Shown here in pieces: positions 1 through 13,160 of a stretch of DNA of 64,000 bases. A program made the position numbers and the translations under genes. Location: contig OZ024741.1 of NCBI GenBank assembly GCA_964016885.1, positions 29,946,001 to 30,010,000 of the forward strand, written 5' to 3'. Numbering within the stretch: the stretch's first letter is position 1; each line of letters starts with the position of its first letter. The notes beneath the pieces were generated by a model, which was not told the origin of the DNA, did no database searches, and worked only from the letters and a program-made list of their open reading frames with translations. The stretch comes from Eledone cirrhosa (lineage: Eukaryota).

Positions 1-367
1 CAGAATTATTTTAATTTCACTGCCCCAACTTCTTATATTATGGAAAAAATATATGTGTCTGTATGTATATATATATATATATATATATTTGAAGGCCATT
101 TCTCTGTGTGTGGGTGTATGTATGTGTGTGTGTGTGTGTGTGAGTATGTGTGTGCATGTGGATGTATGTATTGTGTGTGCGTGTGTGTGTGTGTGTGTGT
201 GTATGTATGTGGGTATCTGGATGTATGCGTATGTGTATATATATATATATATATATGCATGTGTGTGTGTGTGTGTATATATATGTGTGTGTATGTGTGT
301 ATATATATGTGTGTGTGTGTGTGTGTGTATGTATGTGTGTATCTGGATGTATGTGTATGTATATATA

Positions 368-426
<59 letters not shown>

Positions 427-495
427 ATGTGTATATGTATGTGTGTGTGTGTGTATGTGTGTATGTATATGTATGTGTGTGTGTATGTATGTGTG

Positions 496-532
<37 letters not shown>

Positions 533-1030
533 GTATATGTATGTATGTGTGGATGAAGGTATGTGTGTATATATAGGTGTAAGTGCACTAAATCCTTTTC
601 TATCACGCTCCACTCTCCTACCCATCATAGGAAGATATATGTGTGTGTATATTGCTTCCACCCCCTCACTGACCAGCAGCTGGCTATTGCTAAATCTGAC
701 CTTTATAAAATAACCCACACCCCAAATAACTTCTCATTCACTACCAGAAAGGGACACAGCAGTCAACTTGTTGTTGCTACCTAGATGAAAACTGCTATGA
801 AATCCCACAATGAATTTTATACTTGAATTTTCAAGTCTCAAATTTTAACTCTTCGTATTATTAATTTTTCTTAATATTAATCAACATTTGAAAAGATGGC
901 TTTTGCAGACCCATCGAAACCGGTCATTTTTTATACCCTTTATTATTTCCTTACCTTATAAAATTATGTTTTTTCACAAAAAAGTATTCTGTCTCTTATA
1001 TATTCCATGTGCCATTACCAACCTCAATTT

Positions 1031-1035
<5 letters not shown>
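1..1035 (+). repeat. 3' pseudo-LTR of a Penelope-like element (same family as 14757-18230), running off the window start
   Basis: Near-identical to 17018-18201, including the internal TG/TA microsatellite, the 'ggatgaaggtatgtgtg...aagggacacagcagtcaac' block and the HHR. Confidence 0.9.
884..929 (+). ncRNA. Type I hammerhead ribozyme, U3-A8 core variant
   Basis: acat-TTGAAAA-GATGG(cttttgcagac)CCATC-GAAA-CCG-GTC-attt; palindromic stem III ACCGGT, GUC site; weak stem I. Confidence 0.65.
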
Positions 1036-1082
<47 letters not shown>

Positions 1083-1193
1083 GTGTGTGTGTGTGTATGT
1101 TTATATATATATATGATGTGTGTGTGTGTGTGAGTGTGTGTGTATCAGTGTGTTAACAAGTACGTCACCATTTCACTAAATATATGTATATAA

Positions 1194-1302
<109 letters not shown>

Positions 1303-1309
1303 ATGCATC

Positions 1310-3227
1310 ATCTGGAGGGACTCATACAACAGCTTGGCATAAGATCAGCTTAACAACCGTGAACTATATACTGAAGTGACAGACATAGCTGAATCCCAGA
1401 TAGAGCATCAGATCAACACCACCTGGACAGATATCTGCAGACATAGACAACTCCCCAACAAATATAAAAATAACCTCACCACCAGAAACCGCAGACTGCC
1501 AACATTCAACCACCTCATTAAAACCCACAAAACCAGTGTTAATCTACAGATTGGACCAATTCTATCGAGTATAGAATGACTCCTCTATAAAATCTACTGA
1601 TTCCTCTCCCAGATCCTCTAGCCCTGAGCTTCCTACTTTTGCTGGACATGTCAGCAGCTCCGACGAAGCATATAAAGACTACATCAACTACAACTTAATC
1701 AACTTTAACTCAACAGATATGCGTTTAGCCTCAACGTTGTCTCCCTCTACACGACAGAACCCGCTCATCCAGCGGTCAATCTAGTGACTGACTGCATCAT
1801 TTCATACAACTTATACTGCTTCGGTCTTACCCCACAAGTCATACATCAGCTTCGATCCGTCATTGTAGAAAATACATATTTCACTTTCTACCACCACACA
1901 TACAAACAAACAACAGGCCTACCCATTGGGTCCAGTCGTTCAGGCCTTCTAGCCATCACCTATATGAACCAACTGGAACGTCGAACGCTCAATACCTGCT
2001 ACTCCTGTGTTTTCTTCGCCCCATACATAGATGATATACTCCTCCACACATCAACCCGCAAAGAGCCCTACATCTACGGCATTTTCAAACACAGATATCA
2101 ACATACAATTTACCACAGAACACCCCGATAAAAATGGTCTCTTGTCTCTACTGGACTTCCAGCTTAGAATAACAGAAGAAGGTACTATATACACCAAATT
2201 CTATAGGAAATCTGCCATAAGAGACATGTTTGTGCATTATAGATCAGCTGTTCCTCTTGGTGCTAAAACCGGATACATAAGAAATGAGCTTACGTGTATC
2301 CGGAATAAAAGTACCAAGACAGAGGACCAGATCACTCACACTGCACACTTCATAGATGAACTGAAGTCGAATGGATACCAACATCCACTGTGAATCGACT
2401 TAAGAATCAAAGGCGCTGCAGGCATAAGACCTCCTCTAACACATGAAATTATCACATTTCAGCGAAATCACAACCACATCTATCCGCAAAGAAGAACTGT
2501 ACATACAATTAGCACACTCCGGCCCTTCAGTGAGTGGATACCTGTCTAAAAAGCAATCCAGAGACAACAACAATCAATGCTCGCTGACTAACTGCCCTAT
2601 CCGCGATACAGGTATGTGAAAGGGAACACGTGTGGTATACCGGATTGAATGCAACAAATGTAAGGAGTAAAGAACACCTCAACACATCCACCATGACGCA
2701 AAAAACACATTGACAAATGTAGAAACATCAACCAACATATTACCGTTTCTATTAAAGCCAGTGATATAAATGTGGGCAATTTAACAATTGAGGAAGGCTT
2801 GCTCATACGTAGATTCAACCCGCAAATACATAATATATTAGACAGTACTTGACATAAAAACACACCAACAGGCACAGAAACTAAACATCTCATACAAAAA
2901 CGAAAATTGATTTTGCGAAATACTATATTGGCAAATGACGTCATTCACATGCAGAGCGAAATAACCATAAAAAATGCCTGAAAACGACTTAGAAAAATGT
3001 AAATCAAAATCAAAATGTAATCCCAAAGCGAGGAAATTGAAACATTATCCACTGAAAGTACATTAAACCCTGAAGAAGGGACTTTTAGTCCTGAAAGATT
3101 GGACAGATAAAAGAACAAAAGACCCCCCCCCCCCCCAAAAAAAAAACAATACAAATTATCTGGTAACTTACTTTTACTTTTTGTTACGGTCCATTTTGCA
3201 TTGTTTAGCCTTTTATCTCTTTCAACG

Positions 3228-3230
<3 letters not shown>
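1310..3230 (+). mobile_element. Decayed 5'-truncated Penelope-like retroelement (family A)
   Basis: Frameshifted RT pieces: LIKTHK..IGPILS, YKQTTGLPIGSSRSGLLAITYM, YIDDI, LSLLDF..FYRK; HHR in the 3' repeat; flanked by microsatellites. Confidence 0.85.
3068..3102 (+). ncRNA. Minimal type I hammerhead ribozyme in PLE pLTR
   Basis: cc-CTGAAGA-A-GGGACT(ttt)AGTCCT-GAAA-GA-TT-gg. Confidence 0.7.
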
Positions 3231-3303
<73 letters not shown>

Positions 3304-3332
3304 TTACATATTAGTATTGGTGCGATGTATAC

Positions 3333-3613
3333 ATGAATGTATGTATAGTATATTTGGCAATATACCGTATGTTTAATTAAAAACATTTAGAAGACCATTC
3401 GCTATCATTTTTAAAGTACTGACTATGTCACTTACTTATATTTTCGGCAAAGGCAAGTGAGTGCGTGGCTTTGATAAACGCCAAGCAGCGAGAAACACCT
3501 AGCATTTGCCGAAAATATAAGTATCACTACTTAAAAAATGATAGCGAATGGTCTTTTAAATGTTATTAATTAAACATACGGTATATTGCCAAACATACTA
3601 TACATACATTCAT
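3333..3613. mobile_element. Fold-back/MITE-like element with about 125 bp imperfect inverted arms
   Basis: atgaatgtatgtatagtatatttggcaatataccg... pairs with ...cggtatattgccaaacatactatacatacattcat. Confidence 0.8.
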
Positions 3614-3799
3614 ATATATATATATATAGTCATTTACTTACTTCCTGAAATGAAAATGTGACATCACAGAACCCTGCAGTAAGTGAGGCTCACTAACACA
3701 TTTTTTGAAAACTAAAATGTCTAAGAAGACGAATCACTTTCTAGAATCAATTGAGTTTTCTCTCCAAATAATGGAAGAAATAAGAAGCTATTGAGAACA

Positions 3800-5460
3800 T
3801 ATAATGAATTTTTGCATTGATCAAATGAAAATAGAAGAGCGAGGTCAAGTTCTTTAAATCGAAAACGGAAAAATTTAAATCATTTATGAAGTGTCATTGA
3901 AACAACAATTAAATTAGTCGATAAAGGTAGCTCTGCTGTTATCATGGATCCAAACTATTATAAATAAAATTTGGGTCTAAAATGGCGAGACTATATATTG
4001 CTATGACGAATCAAACGAATATAAACTGTAAAAAAAAAACAGTAACAGGGAATCTAACATTAATAAATAATTATTGTAGAGATGTAAGCCACTTCAGATG
4101 CAAAACCAGCAAATGTATGGACGTCCTGAAATACACAAAACAAAGGGATAATTGTTGATTATACAATCCCTAGAACCGCATACACCGAGTTACCCCCATC
4201 CCCAGACGATTTGAGATTTAGACCAACTATAGCAGGCCCTGAATATGACTCACACAGATTGAATAACGTTCTGGACATTCAACTAAAGCTCTTTTTAAAA
4301 CACGTGCAGAGTTATACATGACATGATCTTGGCATGTTTAACCACCTATCAAAACAGTAATTCAAAATATAATTAACGCATTTGCTTGAGTATTGGACGC
4401 CCCTTCGTATGGGACGCCCCGTGGATTTACGAGGACATTTTCACAAAAAAAAATTAATACGTTTCTTCATAAATTTATTTAAACATTATTTCAATTTTTC
4501 TTTTCAGAAATTCTTATATAAATTCGATATCATTTTACTTATATAAATTGTATTCTATTATTAAATCTTTATTAACTTTGCATTTCATCCTTACGGGGTC
4601 GATAAAATAAAGTACCAGTAATGTACTGGGTAATTGCTGGCATTGTGCCAAAAGTAGAAACAATTATTTATGGATCTGTCTACTGATAAATATCAGAAAC
4701 TGCAATGAACATGAGTGCATTTTCCACAAACGATAATTTAGTTCTGGGATACCATGAGAAGTTTATTTATACTCAACATGGTTATAGTGTTTTGAAATAC
4801 ATCCCACGCATGTTTATAAAACAACTGGAAATGTTATTCGGATGATTGCTTCTGAGATGAAAACGTTGACGAATTTACAGAATTTAAAAATCTGATTAAT
4901 AATGTAAACATTAATTTAATTCACGATAGAATTTGAATTATGAAAATATACAAGAAGATGGAAACGGGAATTTACTATAAAACAACGGATTGCAAGCAAT
5001 ACTCCTTCTTTAATTTGAGACATCCTAATCATACAAATATGAATGTTCCTTTTAATCAAACGAATAGAATTTATACAATAGTATCTAATCCGACGAAACT
5101 AACTAAAAAGCAGGACAAATTGAAAAATATACTTTCTCAAAGAAGCTTCCCACTCGATTTAATCCGATATGGAATGAAAAAAATCAAGTCATATAGATAT
5201 TCAAGATAAGATCTAAATTAAATAGAAAATATAATTATTATAAAATGTTTACCAAATGTATATACATTCAACCCGCGAAAGGAAAAAAAGCCTATTCTAT
5301 ATGAAGATCAAAGAACGAGAAAAAATGTCAAAAACCAACAAGTGATCAAAAGTAAGGCGCAACACGAGTCATTTAAAATAATCTTACTGGAGTAGAAATC
5401 AATAAAAAAAATACCCAACCCCACTGAAACAAAATGCGAAAGGTGAAACTGGGTTCCTGT
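3800..5460 (+). pseudogene. Highly decayed PLE RT related to the 14.9-16.8 kb family, interrupted by later insertions
   Basis: DKGSSAVIMD, FRPTIAGP, YKTTDCKQY, HPNHTNMNVPFN motifs parallel to ORFs 14965/15610. Confidence 0.75.
4572..4668 (+). mobile_element. tRNA-derived SINE fragment (family S1, 3' half)
   Basis: tttcatccttacggggtcgataaaataaagtaccagta...tgtgccaaaagtagaaac shared with other S1 copies. Confidence 0.8.
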
Positions 5461-6349
5461 TGATTCCTATGTATGTATGTATGTTCTTCTGGTTTTATAA
5501 TTTCACAATATTTGTTTACCAATAGAGAGAGAGTCGGTTTCTAACATAGACACAATACTCTTTCATTGGAATTTACACATCAACTAGGTAGATATGTATG
5601 CATGTCTGCATGTATGCATGTGTAGATATGGATGCTATTATATGTGTGGATATGTATGTTTTGAGTCGGTTGTGTGCTTGTGTATATGCTGTGTATCTGT
5701 ACATGTGTATATGCAGTTATTAGATGCTAACTTCCACTACTGTGCATGCCTTCTTTTCCCTGCCACACATCATTATATCTGGTCTGTTATGTTTGCATTT
5801 TATTCGGGTTTTGACTGGAACATTCCACCAGCACTCTTTCATATTATGTATGTATATATGTATGTACTTATGTATGTATGTATGTACGTATGTACGTATG
5901 TCATTCTGTGGAGCGAATGACTCCTAGTCTTCATTAAGACATCTCTCTAGGAGAAGGTCACTGTGTTATAAAACCTGCGACTTCATTTGCATCCAATAAT
6001 GTAGACCAGTTCTTCTTTTTGGGAACATGCTTTCGATGTTCAAAGAGTGGGATTGATCCGTGCAAAGCCTTTCCACACTTAAAGCTTCAAGCACAGGTAT
6101 AGCTTGATATGTGACATCTTTTGCGATGTATGGTATTGCTGGGCATAGTCAAGTCCCTAGCAGGACTAAAAGGCCACGACCGTGATATTTATGCTTAAGT
6201 GTCATGCGATTGCATTACTTGAAATCGAGTTTCAGCCATCATGTGTTATGTATGTGTACATGTGTGCGTACATTTGAGTATACATACCTATATGTACATG
6301 CATGTGTGCATAATTTTCTGTATGTGGGTATGTGGGTATATGCATATGT

Positions 6350-6650
6350 GTCTGAGTAATTTATTGAGTTTTGAAGAGATTTTTTTCAATATTAATCTCG
6401 TCTTTTCATTGTATAAATAGCATATTTCTGTGTTATGTATGTAAAGTCTACTTCGCTTTATGATATTCCATTTATTAACTAAATCTATGTTTCGTCTCTT
6501 AAGTGCTAACATTTAGTTTGAAAATATTGCTTTTGATAAAAACTATTTGTTTGAATTTGTCCTCTCGACAGTGATGGCGTTGTATGATTTGGTTAGTTTT
6601 AAAATAGATGAATTCACCTTCGTATGCTGCAACTATTATATCATATGATA
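6350..6650 (-). pseudogene. C-terminal GIY-YIG fragment of a PLE (B/D-type)
   Basis: KWNIIKRSRLYIHNTEICYLYNEK resembles WEILAKPRSYN..CDLCAAE (11285) and WCKIFNALPY..CNLCLAEK (22083). Confidence 0.55.
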
Positions 6651-6659
6651 TTACGAGAT

Positions 6660-7040
6660 TGATTTAGAGAGCGTAGCTCGGAGATCAGATTCACTGCAGG
6701 TAGAACCGCTACTTGTCTGAATTGAGAGATCACAGCTCCGATATAATAGACATGTGGTTAGAATGTCTTAGGAAAGAATCGCTGGACAGATTTGTAACTC
6801 GGAGATAAGTGAGTCACTCCAGCCAGAGCGACTATTTCTCCGAATTGAGAGATCACTGATCCGATATTATTGGCATGTGGTTAGAATGTCTCAGGAAAGA
6901 ATCACTAGACAGATTGTGGGGCAAAACCAACTGGCAGGAGATGCAGGGGTAGAGCCCGAGAAAGATAGCTGGATAACATTCATGAGCTTGGCTGCTTTCG
7001 CTGGGGGATCCAGACGGATTAGTTGGAGATTGTTGTTTCT
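6660..7040 (+). pseudogene. RTE-type LINE ORF 3' fragment with an internal duplication (about 120 bp period)
   Basis: GHVVRMSQERITRQI..GRRCRGRARK..W(I)DNI-like C-terminal motif; 6708-6795 repeated at 6828-6915. Confidence 0.65.
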
Positions 7041-7119
7041 GACAAAACCCGCTCTTTACATTCTGAATTCAAATCAACAAGTTCAAAATTGTGGTCAATA
7101 GAATAATGAACCGGTTGGT

Positions 7120-7215
7120 AGAATTTGCCTTTCATCTTTCCGGGGTCGATAAAATAAAGTCCACTAATGCACTGGACAAATGCTGGCATTGTGCCAAAAG
7201 TAGAAACAATTATTA
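7120..7215 (+). mobile_element. SINE S1 fragment
   Basis: tttgcctttcatctttccggggtcgataaaataaagt...gtgccaaaagtagaaac. Confidence 0.75.
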
Positions 7216-7313
7216 TTATTCAGTTGTGTATGCGTGCTATTTTTCATATTCTAGAGTTTGTTTATTCACACACACACACCTACCTACATACAATACACAC
7301 ACACACACACACA

Positions 7314-7353
<40 letters not shown>

Positions 7354-7373
7354 TACACACACACACACACACG

Positions 7374-7421
<48 letters not shown>

Positions 7422-7727
7422 AATATAAATTAGCGAGAATCGTATTTCAGCTCAGGAATTAACGAAAATCAACGTCCGATATGGGTGGCAAGCGCTCGAT
7501 GAATCATATGAATCAGAGCTACAACATACGTTAAGGGCCAAACACACTGAGATGATGGTTAAACATATCACCCGCACAGCCAAAACAAACGACCAAGTAA
7601 TTCGGGTCAAACAATAAAAATATATGTGTTGATACTTTCCCGGACCCTGGACTGATGGTAAAATGCAGTATTGGTTTCTGCGACTCCAAAATCATGTACT
7701 GTCCGCCTACATAAAGAATGTTGGGCT

Positions 7728-7960
7728 TCTGGTAAGAGTGTTGGACTTACGATCATAATGTCGTAGGTTCGATTTCTGGGTTGCGTGTTGTGTTCTTGAG
7801 CAAAACACTTCATTTCACGTTGCTCCAGTATAGTCAGCTGAAATTGAGTACCAGCAATAGCTGGAGGTTTAACCCTGCGATGGATTGGCGTCCTGTCCAG
7901 GCGGGAGTCATGTGCTCTCAGTCGCTTCACGCCATGAAACCGGGATAAGCACTGGGAAAA
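7728..7960 (+). mobile_element. tRNA-derived CORE-like SINE (family S2)
   Basis: A-box-like tggtaagagtg, B box ggttcgattt, CORE-like gtgttcttgagcaaaacacttcat. Confidence 0.7.
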
Positions 7961-8314
7961 TAAACATTCTGGCTTAACACAGACTTTAGACTTTATTTTA
8001 TATACTTCAGAGCATTGCGCATATATATAAATATATGTGTTTGTGTTTGGGTGTGTGTACATATATTGACGTATCTTTATCTAAGGGCATATATCCGTGT
8101 GTATATACGTGGGTATATTTCAACTAGATCTAATATATTCTAGTCAGTATCTTGCATAGTCAGCAATGAAAGAAATTTAAGACGTTCTGTTGTCTTCATA
8201 AACCTGGGTTGGTGTGATATATGGTTTTGATATAAATACTATTATTCTAAAACCTACTTCCATAAGGATCACACGTAGTTCAGACACACATAAATATGGT
8301 ATATATGTATATAT

Positions 8315-8316
<2 letters not shown>

Positions 8317-8361
<45 letters not shown>

Positions 8362-8379
8362 CAGCTATATACATGAAGA

Positions 8380-8410
<31 letters not shown>

Positions 8411-8435
8411 ATATATATAGGTATACGTATACACG

Positions 8436-8466
<31 letters not shown>

Positions 8467-8504
8467 GTATGTATATATATATATTATATATATGTATATA
8501 TATA

Positions 8505-8539
<35 letters not shown>

Positions 8540-8576
8540 GTATATCTATCTATCTATCGATATATATATATATATT

Positions 8577-8634
<58 letters not shown>

Positions 8635-8977
8635 TAGGTGTGTAGGTGTGTGCACGTATATGTATATGTATATATATGTATGTATATATATAAGCTCACA
8701 AATAGACTTATGTGTATGTTTAAGTAGATATGAGTGTAGGTATATGTGGTTGAAGTTAATTTTAACATTCACACAAGAATGATTTATAGTCTTCATTTCA
8801 TATTCATGTCTCTATACACACACGCACGTACACACACGTACGTACACACATGCAGTATATACATATATACACCCCCATATATATATATGCATACATACAC
8901 CCAGCCACCCACATATATATATATATATAGATACATACACACACACACATATATATATATATATATGTATATATATG

Positions 8978-9019
<42 letters not shown>

Positions 9020-9108
9020 CATACATACATAAATACATATATATATATATATGTATATATATGTATATATATACATATATATATATATATACATACATAC
9101 ATACATAA

Positions 9109-9158
<50 letters not shown>

Positions 9159-9211
9159 ATACATACATACATAAATACACACACATATATATATATATGC
9201 ATACATACATA

Positions 9212-9295
<84 letters not shown>

Positions 9296-9312
9296 TAAAT
9301 ATATATATATAT
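8317..9312. repeat. Compound (GA)n/(TA)n/(CA)n microsatellite field
   Basis: Directly visible; source of spurious YIYI/HTHT ORFs. Confidence 0.95.
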
Positions 9313-9472
9313 AGGTATTTTGTGTGTCATTATAGACAATGCTCTACTAATGCTGAAAGCCATACTAATTCGACAAGTCCAAGCCTAGCCTGTCTGCACA
9401 TCACTTCGTATAGTCATAACAACGACACCAATTTATACATGTGTACTTCTGCGTTCACAGATTGATTTTTTT

Positions 9473-9523
9473 AGTTTCAGAAGATCCCGTTAAGGGTGAA
9501 AGCAGCGATTCTTTGCTTAAACT
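9473..9523 (+). ncRNA. Hammerhead-like motif with U4A core (CAGAAGA), 5' pLTR of family B
   Basis: AGTTT-CAGAAGA-T-CCC(gttaa)GGG-T-GAAA-GCA(gcgattctt)TGC-TT-AAACT; all three stems pair. Confidence 0.7.
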
Positions 9524-9660
9524 TTAATCTGTTATTTTAATAAATAGTTGCTCTACGGTTCTTATATATTTGATATATATTATCCTTATCGATCCCTCTT
9601 TGGATTTTAGTCTTCAAATTTATTATTATTACTTGAGCACTCTATTGACTTATATTCATC

Positions 9661-11581
9661 ATGCAGAAAAAAACATCTGAATATTTCTACAAAGAACATA
9701 CCCGTACCAAGCAAGAAAACATACCTAACATTCCTGATAGAGAAAACAGACGCGTTCATTAAAAGGTTGCGTTGGCGTGCCTTTTATTTCGATAATCATG
9801 GAAAAGCGGACAACACACAGGATAAATTTGTGTTTAAAACTCTCAATAACCCTCCGAGTAACCCAGCATTGCTACCCTTTGAAAATGATGTCCTGGAACT
9901 CATACGGAGTATCAAATTTCGCAATAGAAGCAATTCCTTCCAGCAGGACCTCAAGAATAGAATTCATTCTGTTAAGGATTCTAATGCCGTTATGTCAACC
10001 AGTTATGTCAATCGAAATCAAGTGGAGCGCAGCACTTGCCATCAACTGCTACATAATGCTGTAACTAAGGATTACCGTAAAACTAATCGCAGCGTCATTA
10101 ATGATATCAATGATGCTGGGTTTAAAATCACCTCTGATCTTAACATTCTGGCCCCGACTGAACCTCTGGACCCTATTTCTCCCCACTTTACCCGGAAAGA
10201 TCACAAATCCAATTTCCCGAACAACCCCTCTATTCGGCTTATTAACCCTACGAAATCCGATTTAGGTAGACTTAGTAATAGGATTTTAGAGAGAATTATA
10301 CATGTAATTAGAAGTTTGGCCCCTCTTGCACTGTGGAACAATTCTTTCGCGATGATTGATTGGTTCAACGGCATATACAACAAGGAACATTGCCGTTTTA
10401 TCCAATTCGACATCAATAATTACTACTCCTCCATCACTTTACCACTTCTTCTTAGAGCTATCAATTTCGCTAAAATTTCAGAAAATTTCAGAAAAGAACT
10501 CACAGCCTTCTTTAAAGGCTTCAACCTCTCCATACAGGTTGAGGCCAACCTCTCGGTCGTTAATTACCTCGACGTTATCCTCAATTTGTCGAATGGCTTG
10601 CACTACCCGTATAGGAAGCCGAATGATATGCTTAATTACATAAGTCAGCATTGTAACCATCCTGCCAGCATAACCAAGAATCTGGTAAGAAATGTTTCTT
10701 TGAGGCTTTCCCGTCAATCTACAAACAAGCATATTTTCACCGACCATTACACATATTACAATGACGCTCTTGCTCGGAGTGCATTTGTCTATAAGGTAGC
10801 ATATACAGAGTAGAGTATGGGAATAGATATAGGAAAAATAGATCCCGACGCATTATATGGTATAATCCACCATATAATGGAGGTGGCCACATCATTAGCT
10901 AAGATCTTTCTCTCCCTTATTATGAAGCATTTCCCCCAGCACATACATATACTCTTTTACTCTTTTACCTGTTTCAGCCATCCGGCTGAGGCCATGCTGG
11001 GGCACATAGTAAACTTTTAATAGAAATACCATTAACATTTCTTATTCTACGACTCCTAACCTTGCACATAACATCACAGCTTCAAATTTAGCTAAACTAC
11101 CTAGCCGTAGGAACACGTTCTACCCTGTAGCTAGTACTAACTGTAATTGTAGGAATCGGGATGATTGCCCCCTATCCGGGAAATGCCTCTCTAGTAACGT
11201 TGTCTACAAAAGTAAGGTTAAAACACTCAGGTGCCGTAGGGCCTACAGAGGTTAACCGCCAATAGATTCAAGCAGCGTCTTTACATGCATACCCATTCTT
11301 TTCTTAACCCTTTAAGAAGGAATATGACGTCACTTTCAGCTTATATCTGGAGTCTAAAACACAACCACACCCAATATAAGTTACACTGGGAGATCCTAGC
11401 TAAGCCTAGATCGTATAACGGAAATAAAAGACCATGTGACCTCTGCGCCGCTGAGGCCCTGGAAATACTCTACGCCACAGACCACATCTTAAACAAAAAA
11501 TTTGAGGCAATTTCGGCTTGTAAGCATAAATTGCACAAAACTTTCTTGTATTACAGCTCCACATTATACCCTAAAGTATAG
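9661..11581 (+). pseudogene. PLE ORF (RT with deleted catalytic core + Cys-rich linker + GIY-YIG), frameshifted
   Basis: KDHK..IRLINPTKSDLG, IQFDINNYYSSI, NYLDVILNL..PYRKP, CNCRNRDDCPLSGKCL, TSLSAYIWSLK..CDLC. Confidence 0.85.
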
Positions 11582-12490
11582 CACGAACAATACGCGGATA
11601 TTTTACGTCTTGATGTGGTAGCTAAGTATATGTTATGTTTATAACATTACTTATTTATATAGGTAAGTATATATTACATGTATGTTTTGTGAAGGTACGT
11701 ATACTTTCTCGTACGTATATTTGCTTGTATATGTTATAGGCGTATATCTTATATTATATATAGTTACATGTGCATATGGGTTTTTTATGTGTATACGTGC
11801 GTTTTGCGTCTGTGTGAGTATGCGGGTTCGCACGTATGTACGGTGTGTGTGTATATGTGTACTTTGTGTTTTGGTTGACGTAGGTTTAGCGAACATATGT
11901 GTATTTACATGTAGGTATGTGTGTGCGCGCCTTATATATGTATTTATGTGTGTATATTTATATACGTTTATATAATTAAATGTATACACGCACACACACA
12001 CACACACATATATATATTTTTAAATATATATTTTTATGTGTATTTGTTGTATACGTTCGTATGTGTGCGGGTACAGGCGTTGCGTGGGTTCTGCATGTGC
12101 GTGTTTTTGTGTACGTGTTTGCATTTGCATACCCATGGCGGGTGTTTTCGTGGATGCATGTGTATGTACGTATATGGATGCGTGCATGTATATATTTATT
12201 TTTTGTTGATTTCAATTACCTCTGTAATTTATTTACATTATTCTTAACTCTGAAACCGAGAATCAATCGGTTTCCTAAATAGAATATTAGTCTACGACTT
12301 CAGTTATACCATAAACGTGATTTTGTCTTTGCGTGTAATTGTTTCCACCGCTCCAAATAATGACGTATATTCGTTTTTTCCGTTCTTTGCCATGGAACGT
12401 TTCCATGAATCTAAGTATCTTCTTGCTGTCTTTCTTCAGTTGCAACGTTTTTCGAAATATTTACTTCTGCGTTCACAGATTGACTTTTTT

Positions 12491-12541
12491 AGTTTCAGAA
12501 GATCCCGTTAAGGGTGGAAGCAGCGATTCTTTGCTTAAACT
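12491..12541 (+). ncRNA. HHR-like motif, 3' pLTR of family B (GAAA changed to GGAA)
   Basis: Copy of 9473-9523. Confidence 0.55.
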
Positions 12542-12693
12542 TTAATAAGTTATTTTAATAAATATTTGCCCTACGGTTCTTATATATTTGATATATTTGA
12601 TATATATTTATCCTTATCGAGCCCTCTTTGGATTTTAGTCTTCAAATTTATTATTATTACTATATATATATATATATATATTTATATATACAC

Positions 12694-12770
<77 letters not shown>

Positions 12771-12833
12771 CATGTATATGTTTAAACACACCCATAAACA
12801 CTTCCACATACACACACACATACATATATATAT

Positions 12834-13047
12834 TTATAGTAAGAAATTTGGAGACTAAAATTCAAAGAGGGCTCGATAGGGATAAATATATATCAAATAT
12901 ATAAGAACCGTAGAGCAAATATTTATTAAAATAACAGATTAAAGTTTAACCAAAGAATCGCTGCTTTCACCCTTAACGGGAAGATCCCGTTAAAGGTGAA
13001 AGCAGCGATTATTTGCTTAAACTTTAATCTGTTATTTTAATAAATAT
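12834..13047. repeat. Inverted family-B pLTR ending in a palindrome centred on the HHR core
   Basis: 12834-12980 is the reverse complement of the pLTR; arms 12918-12980 and 12986-13047. Confidence 0.85.
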
Positions 13048-13113
13048 ATATATCTATATATATATAGGTTTTAAGTGGTTAAACCTACTCTTTCTTCGTT
13101 TTAGATATATGTT

Positions 13114-13160
<47 letters not shown>

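Larger units (their letters stand above)
9444..12661 (+). mobile_element. Penelope-like element family B with direct pLTRs (9444-9632 and 12463-12661)
   Basis: Direct repeats carrying an HHR-like motif flank a broken RT-GIY-YIG ORF. Confidence 0.9.

Noticed and set aside
33-718. Long [12 protein letters not shown] ORFs here and throughout the window
   Set aside because: Translations of dinucleotide microsatellites, which lack stop codons
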